Assembly (NCBI RefSeq): GCF_004010195.1
Contig: NC_057717.1
Span: 74,332,695 to 74,367,354 of the forward strand
DNA length: 34,660 nt
Reading direction: 5' to 3'
Source: Chiloscyllium plagiosum
Lineage: Eukaryota
Shown here: piece by piece, positions 10,575-21,935 of the stretch
Layout: each line of letters begins with the position of its first letter
Position numbering within the stretch: position 1 is the first letter of the stretch
Notes under the pieces: model-generated
What the model saw: only the letters and a program-made list of their open reading frames with translations
What the model was told of the DNA's origin: nothing
Database searches by the model: none
Translations under genes and position numbers: made by a program

Positions 10575-11730
10575 TAGGATCACACAGTACAGAAGAGGCT
10601 CTTTGGCCCATCAAGTCTTTACCACTAAAGCTACATTAAATCTTGACCAGTCCCACTTTGCAGCACTTGGCCCATAGATTTGAATGGTGTGACATTTCAA
10701 ATACTCATCCAAGTAGTTTTTAAAAGGAGTAAGTCACCAGCCTCAACTATCCTCCATGCAGTGCATTCCAGACCTTCACCACCCTCTGGGTGAAATGCAT
10801 TTATCCTCAAATCCTGAAATTGAATCAATCTATCAACTAAAAGGGTGTGCTGCTTTCCATTCTCCCTGCCATCCCCCTCATAATCGTATACACCTTTATA
10901 TAGTCTCTGCTTAACCTTTTTTGCTCCAAAGAAAGTGACCCAAATTAAACCAGCCTCTCTCCACAACTCTCTCGGGTAACACCCAGGTGAATCTCCTCTG
11001 CACCTCCTCCAGTGCAATCACATCCTTCCTATAGCGCAGTGACCAGAACAGGGCATAGTACACGAGTTGAGGTCTAACTCAACCCCTGGGCAGCTCCAAC
11101 TGCTCCCTCTTACACGATGGCTCAGTGGTTAGCACTGCTGCCTCACAGTACCAGTGACCTGGGTTTGAGTCCAGCCTCGGTGACTGTCTGTGTGGAGTTT
11201 GCCATTTTCACTACCTCTGTGTGGGTTTCCTCCGGGTGCTTCAGTTTCCTCCCAAGATATGCAGATTAAGTGAATTGATAATATTAAATGGCTTATATTG
11301 TTCAGGGATGTGTAGGTTAGGGTAAATATAGAGTAATAGGTTCGGGGAATGGGACTGGGTGGGTTCTTTTCAGAGGGTCAGTGTGGACTTGTTGGGCTGA
11401 AGGGCCTGTTTCGACATTATAGGGATGCTATGATAATATATGCTTCGATTGATAAGGGCAAGCATCCTATATGACTCCTTAACTATCACATTAACCTGTC
11501 CAGCAGCCTTCAGGGATCCGTGGTCAAGCACCACAAGATTCCTCAATTCCTCAGTGTTTCCTTGCTATTCACTGAGTACTCCCTTCTCTTGTCTCCCTTG
11601 CCTTCCAAAGTGCATCACCCCACATTTCCCAGGGTAAAATTCTATCTGCAGCTGATCTACCCATCTGACCAATCCAGTTATATAATCCTGTAAAACCTAA
11701 GACCTTCTTCCTCACTGTAAAACCACCGGC
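10575..11730 (-). mobile_element. CR1 LINE fragment interrupted by an HE1 SINE
   Basis: Reverse-strand ORF2 C-terminal remnants on both sides of 11113-11435. Confidence 0.75.
11113..11435 (+). mobile_element. HE1-type SINE
   Basis: tggctcagtggttagcactgctgcctcacag head and gtggacttgttgggctgaagggcctgttt tail. Confidence 0.85.
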
Positions 11731-11819
11731 CACTTGTAGTTTGGTAGATTCGGTCTGCCTTGCAGGTAGATCCGTTCTTTCCGATCCGTTCTTTTCATTG
11801 CTTCTAATGCCCTTCTTAT

Positions 11820-12870
11820 AAAAGGCTACTGTCCAAAATTAAAGCATGTGGGTAAAATGCTTGCATGGATCGAGAATTGGTGACAGACTGGAAACAGAGT
11901 TGGAATGAATGGTATCTTATCTGGTGGTGGGCCGTGATTTATGGTGTTCCACAGAGATCAATGTTAGGGCCTGAGCTATTGACGACATATATAAATGACC
12001 CGGATGGGGGGAAACCAAAGGCAATGTTTCCAAGTTGTCTGATGGCACAAAACTAGGTGGGATTGTAAGCTGTGGAAAGGATGCAAGGAGGTTTCAAGGT
12101 GATTTAGACGAGTTGAGTGAGCATGGCAGACCCGGTAAACCTTGGTTAAATGTGGTTATACACATGAGTGTGAAAAACAGGAAGGAACAGTATTATCTAA
12201 CTGGTGGCATTTTGGGAAATATGAACGTACAAATGGATCTGGGTATCCTGTGTACCAGTCAATGAAAGAAGACAGGCAGGTGCATCAGGCAAGTACGAAG
12301 CCAAATGGTATACTGACCCTCATTTCAAGAAGCTTTGAGCTCAGAAACAGTGAAACCTTACCACAGTTATACAGGGCCTTGCTAAGTCTATACCTAGAGC
12401 ATTGTGGGATGTTTTGATCTCTCTGCACAAGGGAGGTCACTACTGTAACAGGAACGGGAGGACTATTGCATGAAGAGCAATTCATTTGAAATGGCTTATG
12501 TTAACCATCGGACTGAGATGAAAAATGTGTTGCTGGAAAAGCGCAGCAGGTCAGGCAGCATCAAAGGACCTCCTTGGATGCTGCCTGACCTGCTGCGCTT
12601 TTCCAGCAACACATTTTTCAGCTCTGATCTCCAGCATCTGCAGTCCTCACTTTTTCCATCGGACTGAGATGAATGGAAGACCTGATTGAAACATGTCAAA
12701 TTCTGACATGTCAGGCAAACTAAATACAGGGAGGATTTATTTTTATATTTATTATTTATGAGATAACCCCTTATTTTTTGTGGGGGTTTTGAATGTACCA
12801 AGAGTGGGGGCGGGTGGGGGTGAGAGTAAGTGGGAAAATAACATTGAGATAGAGGATCAGCCATGATCAT
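11820..12870 (+). mobile_element. Old CR1 LINE fragment(s)
   Basis: GVPQRSMLGP..YIND and LYRALLSLYLEHC remnants. Confidence 0.7.
12519..12655. mobile_element. Snap-back (hairpin) Penelope-like family C end with long flanking direct repeat
   Basis: About 50-bp near-perfect inverted arms. ccatcggactgagatgaa is duplicated at 12505-12522 and 12656-12673. Confidence 0.8.
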
Positions 12871-12884
12871 AATCAAATATAGAA

Positions 12885-13640
12885 ATATAGAAACATGTAA
12901 AATAGATGCAAGAGTAGGACATTCGGCTCTTCGAGTCTGAAACACCATTCAATACTACAATGGCTGATCATGCAATCTCAGTATCCCACTCCCACCCTCT
13001 CCCCATCCTCCTTGATCACTTTAACCGCCAGGGCCACGTCCAGCTCCCTCTTGAGTATATCGAATAAACTGGCCCCAATAGCTTCCTGTGGGAGAAAGTT
13101 CCACAGGTTCTCAGCTCCCTGGGTGAAGGAATTCTCCCTCATCTCAGTCCTGAATGGCTTGCCCCTTTATTGCTTAGACTGTGGCCCCTGGTTCTGAACT
13201 TCCCAACATGGGGAATGTTCTTCCTGCATCTCGTCTGTCCAGTCCCATTAGGATTTCATATGTTTCTATGACAGCATCATCCCTCCTCATTCTTCCAGCG
13301 AGTACAAGCTCAGTTGATCCGATCTTTCTTCATACGTCAGTCCTGCCATCCCAGGAATCAGTCTGGTGAACTTTTGTTGGACCCCCTCAATAGCAAGAAT
13401 GTCTTCCTCAGACTAGGAGACAAAACTGCATACAATACTCAAGGTGTGGCGTCACCAAGGCCCTGTATGACTGCAGCAACATCTCCCTACTCCGATGATC
13501 AAATCCTCTCCCTATGAAGGTCAGCATTCCATTAGCTTTCCTTACTGCCTGCTGCACGTGCATGCTAAACTTAAGCAACTATTCTACCATGACACCCAGG
13601 TCTCGTTGCACCTCACCTTTTCCTAAACTGCCACCACTCA
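12885..13640 (-). mobile_element. CR1 LINE 3' fragment
   Basis: Reverse-strand ORF2 C-terminus and tail repeats. Confidence 0.8.
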
Positions 13641-13713
13641 GTTTTAAACAACTTGTGCATTGTTATGCCACATCAATCTGCTCCTTTACCCACTTTGATA
13701 ATTTATTTCCAAA

Positions 13714-14009
13714 ATGACCTCGGTGGTGGGCAAGTTGTTGGAGGGAATCCTGAGGGACAGGATGTACATGTATTTGGAAAGGCAAGGACTGATTCGGGAT
13801 AGTCAACATGGCTTTGTGCGTGGGAAATCATGTCTCGCAAACTTGATTGAGTTTTTTGATGAAGTAACAAAGAAGATTGATGAGGGCAGAGCAGTAGATG
13901 TGATCTATATGGACTTCAGTAAGGCGTTCGACAAGGTTCCCCATAGGAGACTGATTAGCAAGGTTAGATCTCATGGAATACAGGAAGAACTAGCCATTTG
14001 GATACAGAA
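13714..14009 (+). mobile_element. Young CR1 RT fragment running into the gap
   Basis: TSVVGKLLEGILRD..SQHGFVRGKSCLANL..VDVIYMDFSKAFDKVPH, uninterrupted. Confidence 0.95.
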
Positions 14010-14837
14010 NNNNNNNNNNNNNNNNNNNNNNNNNNNNNNNNNNNNNNNNNNNNNNNNNNNNNNNNNNNNNNNNNNNNNNNNNNNNNNNNNNNNNNNNNNN
14101 NNNNNNNNNNNNNNNNNNNNNNNNNNNNNNNNNNNNNNNNNNNNNNNNNNNNNNNNNNNNNNNNNNNNNNNNNNNNNNNNNNNNNNNNNNNNNNNNNNNN
14201 NNNNNNNNNNNNNNNNNNNNNNNNNNNNNNNNNNNNNNNNNNNNNNNNNNNNNNNNNNNNNNNNNNNNNNNNNNNNNNNNNNNNNNNNNNNNNNNNNNNN
14301 NNNNNNNNNNNNNNNNNNNNNNNNNNNNNNNNNNNNNNNNNNNNNNNNNNNNNNNNNNNNNNNNNNNNNNNNNNNNNNNNNNNNNNNNNNNNNNNNNNNN
14401 NNNNNNNNNNNNNNNNNNNNNNNNNNNNNNNNNNNNNNNNNNNNNNNNNNNNNNNNNNNNNNNNNNNNNNNNNNNNNNNNNNNNNNNNNNNNNNNNNNNN
14501 NNNNNNNNNNNNNNNNNNNNNNNNNNNNNNNNNNNNNNNNNNNNNNNNNNNNNNNNNNNNNNNNNNNNNNNNNNNNNNNNNNNNNNNNNNNNNNNNNNNN
14601 NNNNNNNNNNNNNNNNNNNNNNNNNNNNNNNNNNNNNNNNNNNNNNNNNNNNNNNNNNNNNNNNNNNNNNNNNNNNNNNNNNNNNNNNNNNNNNNNNNNN
14701 NNNNNNNNNNNNNNNNNNNNNNNNNNNNNNNNNNNNNNNNNNNNNNNNNNNNNNNNNNNNNNNNNNNNNNNNNNNNNNNNNNNNNNNNNNNNNNNNNNNN
14801 NNNNNNNNNNNNNNNNNNNNNNNNNNNNNNNNNNNNN
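14010..14837. other. Assembly gap (828 N)
   Basis: Run of N. Confidence 1.
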
Positions 14838-14980
14838 CTAAATTGCCCGTAGTGTTAGGTAAGGGGTAAATATAGGGGTATGGGTGGATTTCGCTTCGGC
14901 GGGTCGGTGTGGACTTGTTGGGCCGAAGGGCCTGTTTCCACACTGTAATGTAATCTAATGTAATGTAATCTAATCTAATG
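14838..14980 (+). mobile_element. HE1-type SINE 3' half with (TAATG/TAATC)n tail
   Basis: ggtgtggacttgttgggccgaagggcctgtttccacactgtaatgtaatctaatg... Confidence 0.85.
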
Positions 14981-15671
14981 ACTCTTTGACTCTAATGGTA
15001 CATAGCCTACCTAATCTATGAAGCAAAATGAAAAATCTCTCAACCCTTCCATCCATGATGAAGAAATAATTTAGATAACGATAAAGGACTTTATCTGTCG
15101 GGGTCTTGGCCAAAGCACTATCATTAAAAATGGAAAGGAAAGTGATCACCATTTATAATGAGGGGTAGCTATGTAAAATAACACCAGCTGTGAAAGCGGG
15201 AATGGTTTTCAACATATTTAATAGTGTATCTTGGACAGACTGGTCAATTGGACAGTTAAAAGCTTCAGGGATTTTATTATGGGAATTGAAGAAATGACAG
15301 ACTGTGTCCCTTGAATAAGGACTGAACTCAGCTTAAGGTGAAAAAAGCATATACAAACGTGGATAGAAATGTTAGTTGACAGGCAGGCAGTGACTATGAA
15401 TGGGCAAACGGTAAATTGTTTCATTGGTAATAAACAGGAAGTATTTCCATTCCAGGAGTGGGTTTCATTTTTGAATTGGATTCGAATTGATGCAAGCATA
15501 TGGAGAGAGATCCGAGTAGAGGGATGGACTTAGCATGAACGAAATGAAGAATCAGTAACACCTCATTCATTGACATTCATTTGGCGTTTCTTGTTATCTT
15601 TGACCTTTGGGCAGGTCCCCACTGCTTTAAGCTGTCAATCTATTGAAAAGGTATCTCTTTGTCTTCTTCAG

Positions 15672-15785
15672 AGGTATGGCATACAACTTGCCGTTTATTG
15701 CTTTATGGGAGTGTGTTGGTGATGACTGTCCTCCTCATTCTCTTGACTGTTGCTGTGGGATGGACCTACAGGAATCAGCAGTCAG
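15672..15785 (+). CDS. Connecting peptide (with Cys) plus transmembrane exon
   Basis: Acceptor tctttgtcttcttcag|, 114 nt, phase 1 to phase 1, donor G|GTACAA. Reads (E)VWHTTCRLLLYGSVLVMTVLLILLTVAVGWTYRNQQS, about 23 hydrophobic residues, in frame with the C1 exon. Confidence 0.75.
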
Positions 15786-15943
15786 GTACAAGACCATTGG
15801 TGCTGTTAATCCACCAAGTTCAACACCCGGGTCTGTGTGTTATTGTGATATTTGTTGCTTCCACGTGAATTAACTCAATTGGGATGATTACAATTTTAAA
15901 AGCTGTTTATTTTTCACGTTATATCAGGTGATTACAATTTCAG

Positions 15944-15987
15944 GTAAGAAAGTCATGGAGCCACGACCGTGTGAAATAACGCAGGAG
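15944..15987 (+). CDS. Short cytoplasmic exon (G)KKVMEPRPCEITQE
   Basis: Acceptor tttcag|, 44 nt, phase 1 to phase 0, donor GAG|GTGAGG, 158 nt after the TM exon. Confidence 0.5.
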
Positions 15988-16104
15988 GTGAGGATTTTTT
16001 TTTTCCTCTCATTATATGCTTTCCTTGCTCTACTTTTATAGAACTATTGTTATGAAGGTGAAGGTGTGTACTGAAGCTTTAGGAGAGTGTGAAAGCTGTA
16101 TTAA

Positions 16105-17415
16105 GACCATAAGACATAGGAGTGGAAGTAAGGCCATTCGGCCCATCGACACCACTCCGCCATTCAATCATGGCTGATGGGCATTTCAACTCCACTTACC
16201 CGCATTCTCCCCGTAGCCCTTAATTCCTTGTGACATCAAGAATTTATCAATCTCTGCCTTGAACACATTTAGTGTGCCGGACTCCACTGCACTCTGTGGC
16301 AATGAATTCCACAGGCCTACCACTCTCAGGCTGAACACATGTCTCCACATTTCGGTTCTGAATTTACCCCCTCTAATTCTAAGGCTGTGTCCACGGGTCC
16401 TAGTCTCCTCACCTAACGGAAACACTTTCCTAGCGTCCACCATTTCCAAGCCATGTATTATCTTGTAAGTTTCCATTAGATCTCCCCTTAATCTTCTAAA
16501 CTCCAATAAATACAATCCCAGGATCCTCAGCCGTTCCTGGTATGTTAGATTTACCATTCCAGGGATCATCCGTGTGAATCTCCGCTGGACACGCTCCAGT
16601 GCCAGTATGTCCTTCCTGAGGTGTGGGGACCAAGACTGGTCACAGTACCCCAAATGGGGCCTAACAAGAGCTTTATAAAGTCTCAGTAGCACAACGGTGC
16701 TTTTATATTCCAACCCTCTTGAGATAAATGACAACATTGCATTCACTTTTTTAATCACGGACTCAACCTGCATGTTTACCTTTAGAGAATTCTCGACTAG
16801 CACTCCGAGATCCCTTTGTACTTTGGCTTTATGAATTTTCTCACCGTTTAGAAAGTAGTCCATGCTTGTATTCTTTCTTCCAAAGTGCAAGACCTCGCAT
16901 TTGCTCCATCAGCCATTTCCTGGACCACTCTTCCAAACTGTCTAGATCCTTCTGCAGCCTCCCCACTTCCTCAGTACTACCTGCCAGTCCACCTAACTTT
17001 GTATCATCGGCAAACTTCGCTAGAATGCCCCCAGTCCCTTCATCCAGATCATTAATATATAATGTGAACAGTTGCGGCCCCAACACTGAACCCTGCGGGA
17101 CACCGCTTGTCACCGGCTGCCATTCCGAAAAAGAACCTTTTATTCCAACTCTCTGCCTTCTGTCAGACAGCCAATCCTCAATCTATTGACCTGATTGATA
17201 ACTCTGAAGGGTCTATGGACATTCACCCCAAGATCTCTCTGTTCCTCCACACTGCTTTCAACCCTGTAATTTGCATTCAAACGTGACCTTCCAAACTGAA
17301 TTCATTCACACATTTCCTGGTTGAAATCCACCTGCCATGTATTATCCCAGTTCTGCATCTTGTCAATGTCTCATTGCAACCTATAACAGCCCTCCACACT
17401 ATCCAGAACTCCACC
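16105..17415 (-). mobile_element. Young CR1 LINE 3' fragment (16105-17190) plus an older adjacent CR1 fragment
   Basis: ORFs TSGVPQGSVLGPQLFTLYINDLD..FADDTK and a 234-aa C-terminus; a small deletion near 16905 splits the frame. Confidence 0.95.
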
Positions 17416-17570
17416 TTGAGTTCCATGATTGTTTTTCATTTTATAGACTATATGGATTAAGAAGATGACGTGCTAGCCACAATTGTGAGGCAGTGAATGT
17501 CATTAATGATGAATAATAATAATCAGTGAATGTCATCTGATGATGAATGCCTTAAGTCACATTTCTGTAG

Positions 17571-17666
17571 ACCACCAGCTATGATGTTCTTGAAGGAGAC
17601 AATTGGTCTAGGACGAGCACAACTACATTAACCAGTATCTGGCATGATTCAGTTTGTACATATTAG
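17571..17666 (+). CDS. Candidate terminal cytoplasmic exon TTSYDVLEGDNWSRTSTTTLTSIWHDSVCTY*
   Basis: Acceptor atttctgtag|, phase 0 matching the preceding exon, in unique sequence, carries TxYxxL. Other acceptors (17447, 23101) cannot be excluded. Confidence 0.3.
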   Translation, partial: TTSYDVLEGDNWSRTSTTTLTSIWHDSVCTY

Positions 17667-18470
17667 CTTTGATTTACCTTCACTGCAATCTCTTCACATC
17701 AAATTTGGTCAAATGTTGCGAAAGACACAGACTTGCACTTTACCTCTTCACCTCTGGGATTAATGTTGCTCTCTGTGTTTGTTTTGAGCAATAGTCTGAA
17801 GTGGAGTGTTCTTAACAGAATAGAAATGAAGCATTGGTGTGGTGTCTGTCATTCTCACTGAAATTCAATCTAAAGAATCAACTTAATTATCAAAAAGCCA
17901 GCGTTGTTTCCTGAGCCTGTCAGGTGCCCACTAGACTAAAACTCTTGAGTTCCAAAACTACATCTTCGCCAACATCAATCACTGCCTGGTATAAAGCCAT
18001 GGTTGGATCCACATTCCCGTGGTCCCTTGGATTTCCGAGATGTTTTCTGCCTCAATGGGCCTGTCACGTGGATCTATGGCAAAACTTCTTAAAACTCTCC
18101 TTGAGAAAAAGTCTCAGTTCCTCAAAACACTTTATTCAGCTCATGAGAAAACCATTACCCTCCCCTCAGCTAATCTGCGCTGACTCATTCAGAATATCCC
18201 ATACCTACCAAAGTTACATTTTATACAACTTTTCAAACAATGGACCTGGAATCCAAGTCGAATTAGTTGGCTTCTCTTTGGTCGATTTCTCTCAAGAGGG
18301 TTGAAAGGTGTATCTTTCAATTGAAATATATCCCCTCACCATTCAGCAGACAGCATTTTCCCTGTCGCAGCACCAGACAAAGTAGAGATTCATGAAGTGG
18401 CACACTACACCTTCTCAAAGCTAATTAGAGAGAGGGAACAGATTATAGCCTTCAGAGACTTCCGAGAGTT

Positions 18471-19420
18471 TAAGTTAAAAATCACATAACGCCAGGTTAT
18501 AGTCCAAAGGGTTTATTTGAAAGTACAAGCTATCAGAACGCTGCTCCTTTGTCAGGTCGCTAGTAGGGCAGGGTCATAGGACGCAGAATTTATAGTAAAA
18601 GAACAAAGCATCATGCACTCGATATGATGTATTTTTTTTCTGACTCCCTACAGTGTGGAAACAGGCCCTTCGGCCCAACAAGTCCACACCTACCCTTCGA
18701 AGAGCATTCCCCTACATTTACCCCTTCACCTAACACTACGGACTACAATTTAGCATGGCCAATTCACCTAACCTGCACATCTTTGGACAGTGGGAGGAAA
18801 CCGGAGCACCTGGAGAAAACCAAGCAGACTCAGGGAGAATGTGCAAACTCCTCACAGACAGTTGCCCGAGGCACCGTGTCCCCTACATTTCACAACGTAT
18901 TGAACAAACCTTAATTGCTGGGAAGTCTTTAATCACTAAGAATGGGGTTGCAGGTTTCGATTGATTAATATGTAAACCCCAAGAGTTCCTCTGAAGTCAC
19001 AGCCCTAAGATAACTTAAGGTTTTATGAGTATAAAAAAGGTGACGTGTCAGCTCAGACAATGCATTAAAGGTGTGAGGTCAGAGTTTTTCCCCGAAACGT
19101 CGATTTTGCCTGTCCTCGGATGCTGCCTGAATTGCTGTGCTCTTCCAGCACCACTAATCCAGGGTCAGAGTCTGTAACCCAACCTTGAGTCAGACTTGTC
19201 CTTTCAAGGTCAGAGTTTTTCCCCGAAACGTCGATTTTGCCTGTCCTCGGATGCTGCCTGAATTGCTGTGCTCTTCCAGCACCAGGGTCCAGGGTCAGAG
19301 TCTGTAACCCAACCTTGAGTCAGACTTGTCCTTTCAAAGAAACCTGTTTGACTATAACCTGGCGTTGCATGATTTCTCAATTTGTCTACCCCAGTACAAC
19401 ACCAGCACCGCCACATCATA
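18471..19420. mobile_element. Nested cluster: Penelope-like family B terminal repeats, HE1 SINE (18643-18870, -), family C fragment and a 131-bp tandem duplication
   Basis: aagttaaaaatcacataacgccaggttatagtcc at 18471 and its inverse near 19345-19385. Duplicated unit at 19076-19206 and 19207-19337. Confidence 0.7.
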
Positions 19421-19619
19421 GTTAAGCAATGATTCCCTGTCAGCATAAAAACGTTTCTCACTTCTATGACTGCAAATTTAATGTGTGGTTTTTTTAACAC
19501 AAGTAAGAATGATGTGATTCAATTCTCTTAGCTAATCTTTGGTGTGTCATTGATAAATTAACACGTTTGGGCTTGTTTTTGGAGCTTTAGTCTGGTTTAA
19601 CTCAATTCATTACTGAGGC

Positions 19620-20055
19620 TCTTTTTCTTAATTCACTCACGAGAGTTGGGCATTGCTGATTGGCCAGTGTTTATTGCCTTGCCTCTAGTTGCCCTTAAAT
19701 TAAGTGGCTTGCTAGGTCATTTCCAGGGGCAGTTGAGAGTGAACCGCGTTGCTGTGGGTCTGGAGTAACTTACAGACTTGACCGAGTGAGGATGGCATTT
19801 GTGAAGGACATTTGTGAGCCAGAGGGGTTTTCCATCATCATTTCACGATCTTCAGCAGGGTCTGAATTACAGATTTGTTTTCAAAAGTTGAATTCAATCT
19901 CCACCATCGGTCAGATTGGGGTTCAAACCAGGAGCCCACCACACCTCCCCCCTCTCACCCCTCCATCCGCACCCCTCCCCAACCCACCCCCAAATTGTAG
20001 CTGAGTTTCTGGATTACTAGCCCAATGATACTCCCACAAGACTATTGCCTCCCCA
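19620..20055 (-). mobile_element. Older tRNA-headed SINE with L2-like tail (SacSINE1-like)
   Basis: Reverse strand begins ggggaggcaatagtc...gctagtaatccag...ggtttgaacccc...gaattcaa and ends gggcaactag..gcaataaacactggcc. Confidence 0.55.
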
Positions 20056-21308
20056 AAAGGTGCACATAGTTCTCAAACACACACACGCCTGATTTAAAAG
20101 TCAAAGGCAAATAGATCGACTTGAATAATGAACTGAAAGGGTGTACAACCCAGGACTGGACTGTTTTTCCCCAAAGGAATAGATAACCTGACGAGGGAAT
20201 CGAACAAGGAGTTTAAACAGTTTGATAGATGAGATGCAGAAAATATAATTCCATTTGCAGCAAGACCCGAGCTGCACGATGTATGTAACTAATAAGTCCA
20301 CTAGGTAAATAAACTGCTGTTTTATAAATCAAGGCACGTTGCCTGAGACTGAAGGGGGTTTGCCAACACTGTTTGTGAGACATTGGTATAAACAGGCAAA
20401 TGTTCAAATTTAGAGGCCATTCAGCCCTTGGGCCTTCTCTGCCATTTGATAAGATCACCTTGGGCTTGCTCCAATGTTCCATTGAGTGCAAGCTGCAAGA
20501 ACAGCATCTTATCTACCACATGGGGACTCAACAGCAAGCTCAATAATTTGACAGTCTGAATCCTTCATTTCATGTCTTTACCTATCTTGTCGTGACATGG
20601 GCTGCTTTCAGCACAGCCAACACATTTTCATCTAACTATTGACCCCAGTCTCAGCTTTTCTTCCTCCCTAGCTTACTATAAACTACCTCTATTATTGAAC
20701 CAACTTCCTTTCTCTCTCGCTCTCTCTCTCTTTGGGCTCCATCACCACCCATTCATTCACTCCTTACCTCATCTTCTTAATCTTTCAAACTCCCAGCAAT
20801 CATAAATCTAGCCTGTCCAACCTTTTTTTTCCCCATAATCTAACCCTTTAATTGTGGCTTATCTTTCTATGGTCTGCATCCAATGCATTTACAATCTCCC
20901 TTCAGTATGAACTCCTGAAGTGGCCTCACTAGTGCCCTTGATAACTGCAACATCACCGCCCTAGTGTTGTATTCAAATCCCTTCACAATAAATCAGACCA
21001 TTTTATTAGCTTTCCAAATTGCTTGCTGTACCCACATACTTTTAATTCGGTGTGAGGAAACGCAGGTCGCTCTGAAATTCAACCTGTCACAGTTTCGACA
21101 GTATGCTGTTTTATTTTTCTTGCCAAATTGAGCAGTTTCTGATGTTACACTCCATTTTCCACATGTTTACCCACTCATTTAGCCAATCTGCCTGATTTTT
21201 CACCTTTGTCTAAATAGCAGTCCCATCTCGGGGCAACTTTTTCACACAGAGTAACTTTTTCATGCGTGTATGTGGAACAAGCAGCCAGAGGAACTGGTAA
21301 TTTCATAG

Positions 21309-21727
21309 ACAACAGAACGAGGACATGCCACAACCCAAAGGACGAGCCACACTACCATACATTAGGAGCATTTCAGAAATGACAGCCAGACTACTGCGAC
21401 CACTAGGACTTATAACAGCAGACAAACCAACAGCCACCCTCAGACAACTCACCAGAACTTTAAATTAAGGGGGGGTAGATATAGGACTGAAGTTAGGGGT
21501 AATATACCAACCATTACAGCGGACAGCTGAAACTGACAACCGGAAGCGGCAGGGACAGACCACTATAAACACCGGAGGAAACATCAAAGAAGCGCTTCGC
21601 AGGAGGCTCCCAAGCACTGATGATGTCGCCTAGCCAGGGGACAAAACGTTTGCAACAAAAATTTCCAGCTCGGCGAACAGAACCACTACAACGAGCACCC
21701 GAGCTACAAATCTTCACCCAAACTTTG
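21309..21727 (+). mobile_element. Penelope-like family A fragment with 10-bp TSD
   Basis: Encodes ATLPYIRSISEMTARLLRPLGLITADKPTATLRQL. TSD aatttcatag at 21299-21308 and 21728-21737. CTGATGA..(A)AAAcgtt degenerate hammerhead at 21617-21651. Confidence 0.8.
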
Positions 21728-21935
21728 AATTTCATAGTTTAGATAAATGTGAGCTGTTGCATTTTGGAAAGGCAAATCAGGGCAGGACTTACAATGATAA
21801 GGTCCTAGGGAGTGTCTTGCTGAACAAAGAGACCTTGAAGTGCAGGTCCGTAGATCCTAGAAAGTGGAGTCACAGGTAGACAGGATAGTGAAGGAGTTTG
21901 TTACGCTTGCCTTTATTGAGTATATGAGTTGGGAG

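Larger units (their letters stand above)
4764..17666 (+). pseudogene. Non-rearranging antigen-receptor-like IgSF gene (Leader-VJ-C1-CP/TM-cytoplasmic), frameshifted in the CDR3-equivalent as assembled
   Basis: Exons joined by GT..AG introns with the phase-1 pattern typical of Ig-domain genes. Conceptual product: MNFSALCRLFHLLPVIAS-QVVPWQSPP...LHC...VYWYQQ...ALYYCA[frameshift]FMFGNGSKLFIT-GSPTILLLYPP...LVCLVS...VRW...YNCSV...NPR-EVWHTTCRLLLYGSVLVMTVLLILLTVAVGWTYRNQQS-GKKVMEPRPCEITQE. The VJ exon is 332 nt, one short of a multiple of 3. The 3' end is tentative. Confidence 0.75.

Noticed and set aside
12496-12948. ORFs with the same peptide on both strands (KNVLLEKRSRSGSI..MLPDLLRFSSNTFF)
   Set aside because: Consequence of the inverted repeat, not protein coding.
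13714-14943. Long ORFs of 284-375 aa
   Set aside because: Artefacts of reading through the N gap.
15928-15943. Alternative 16-nt micro-exon (atatcag|GTGATTACAATTTCAG|gtaaga)
   Set aside because: Possible, but it gives phase 2 with no convincing downstream continuation. The 44-nt exon is the simpler model.
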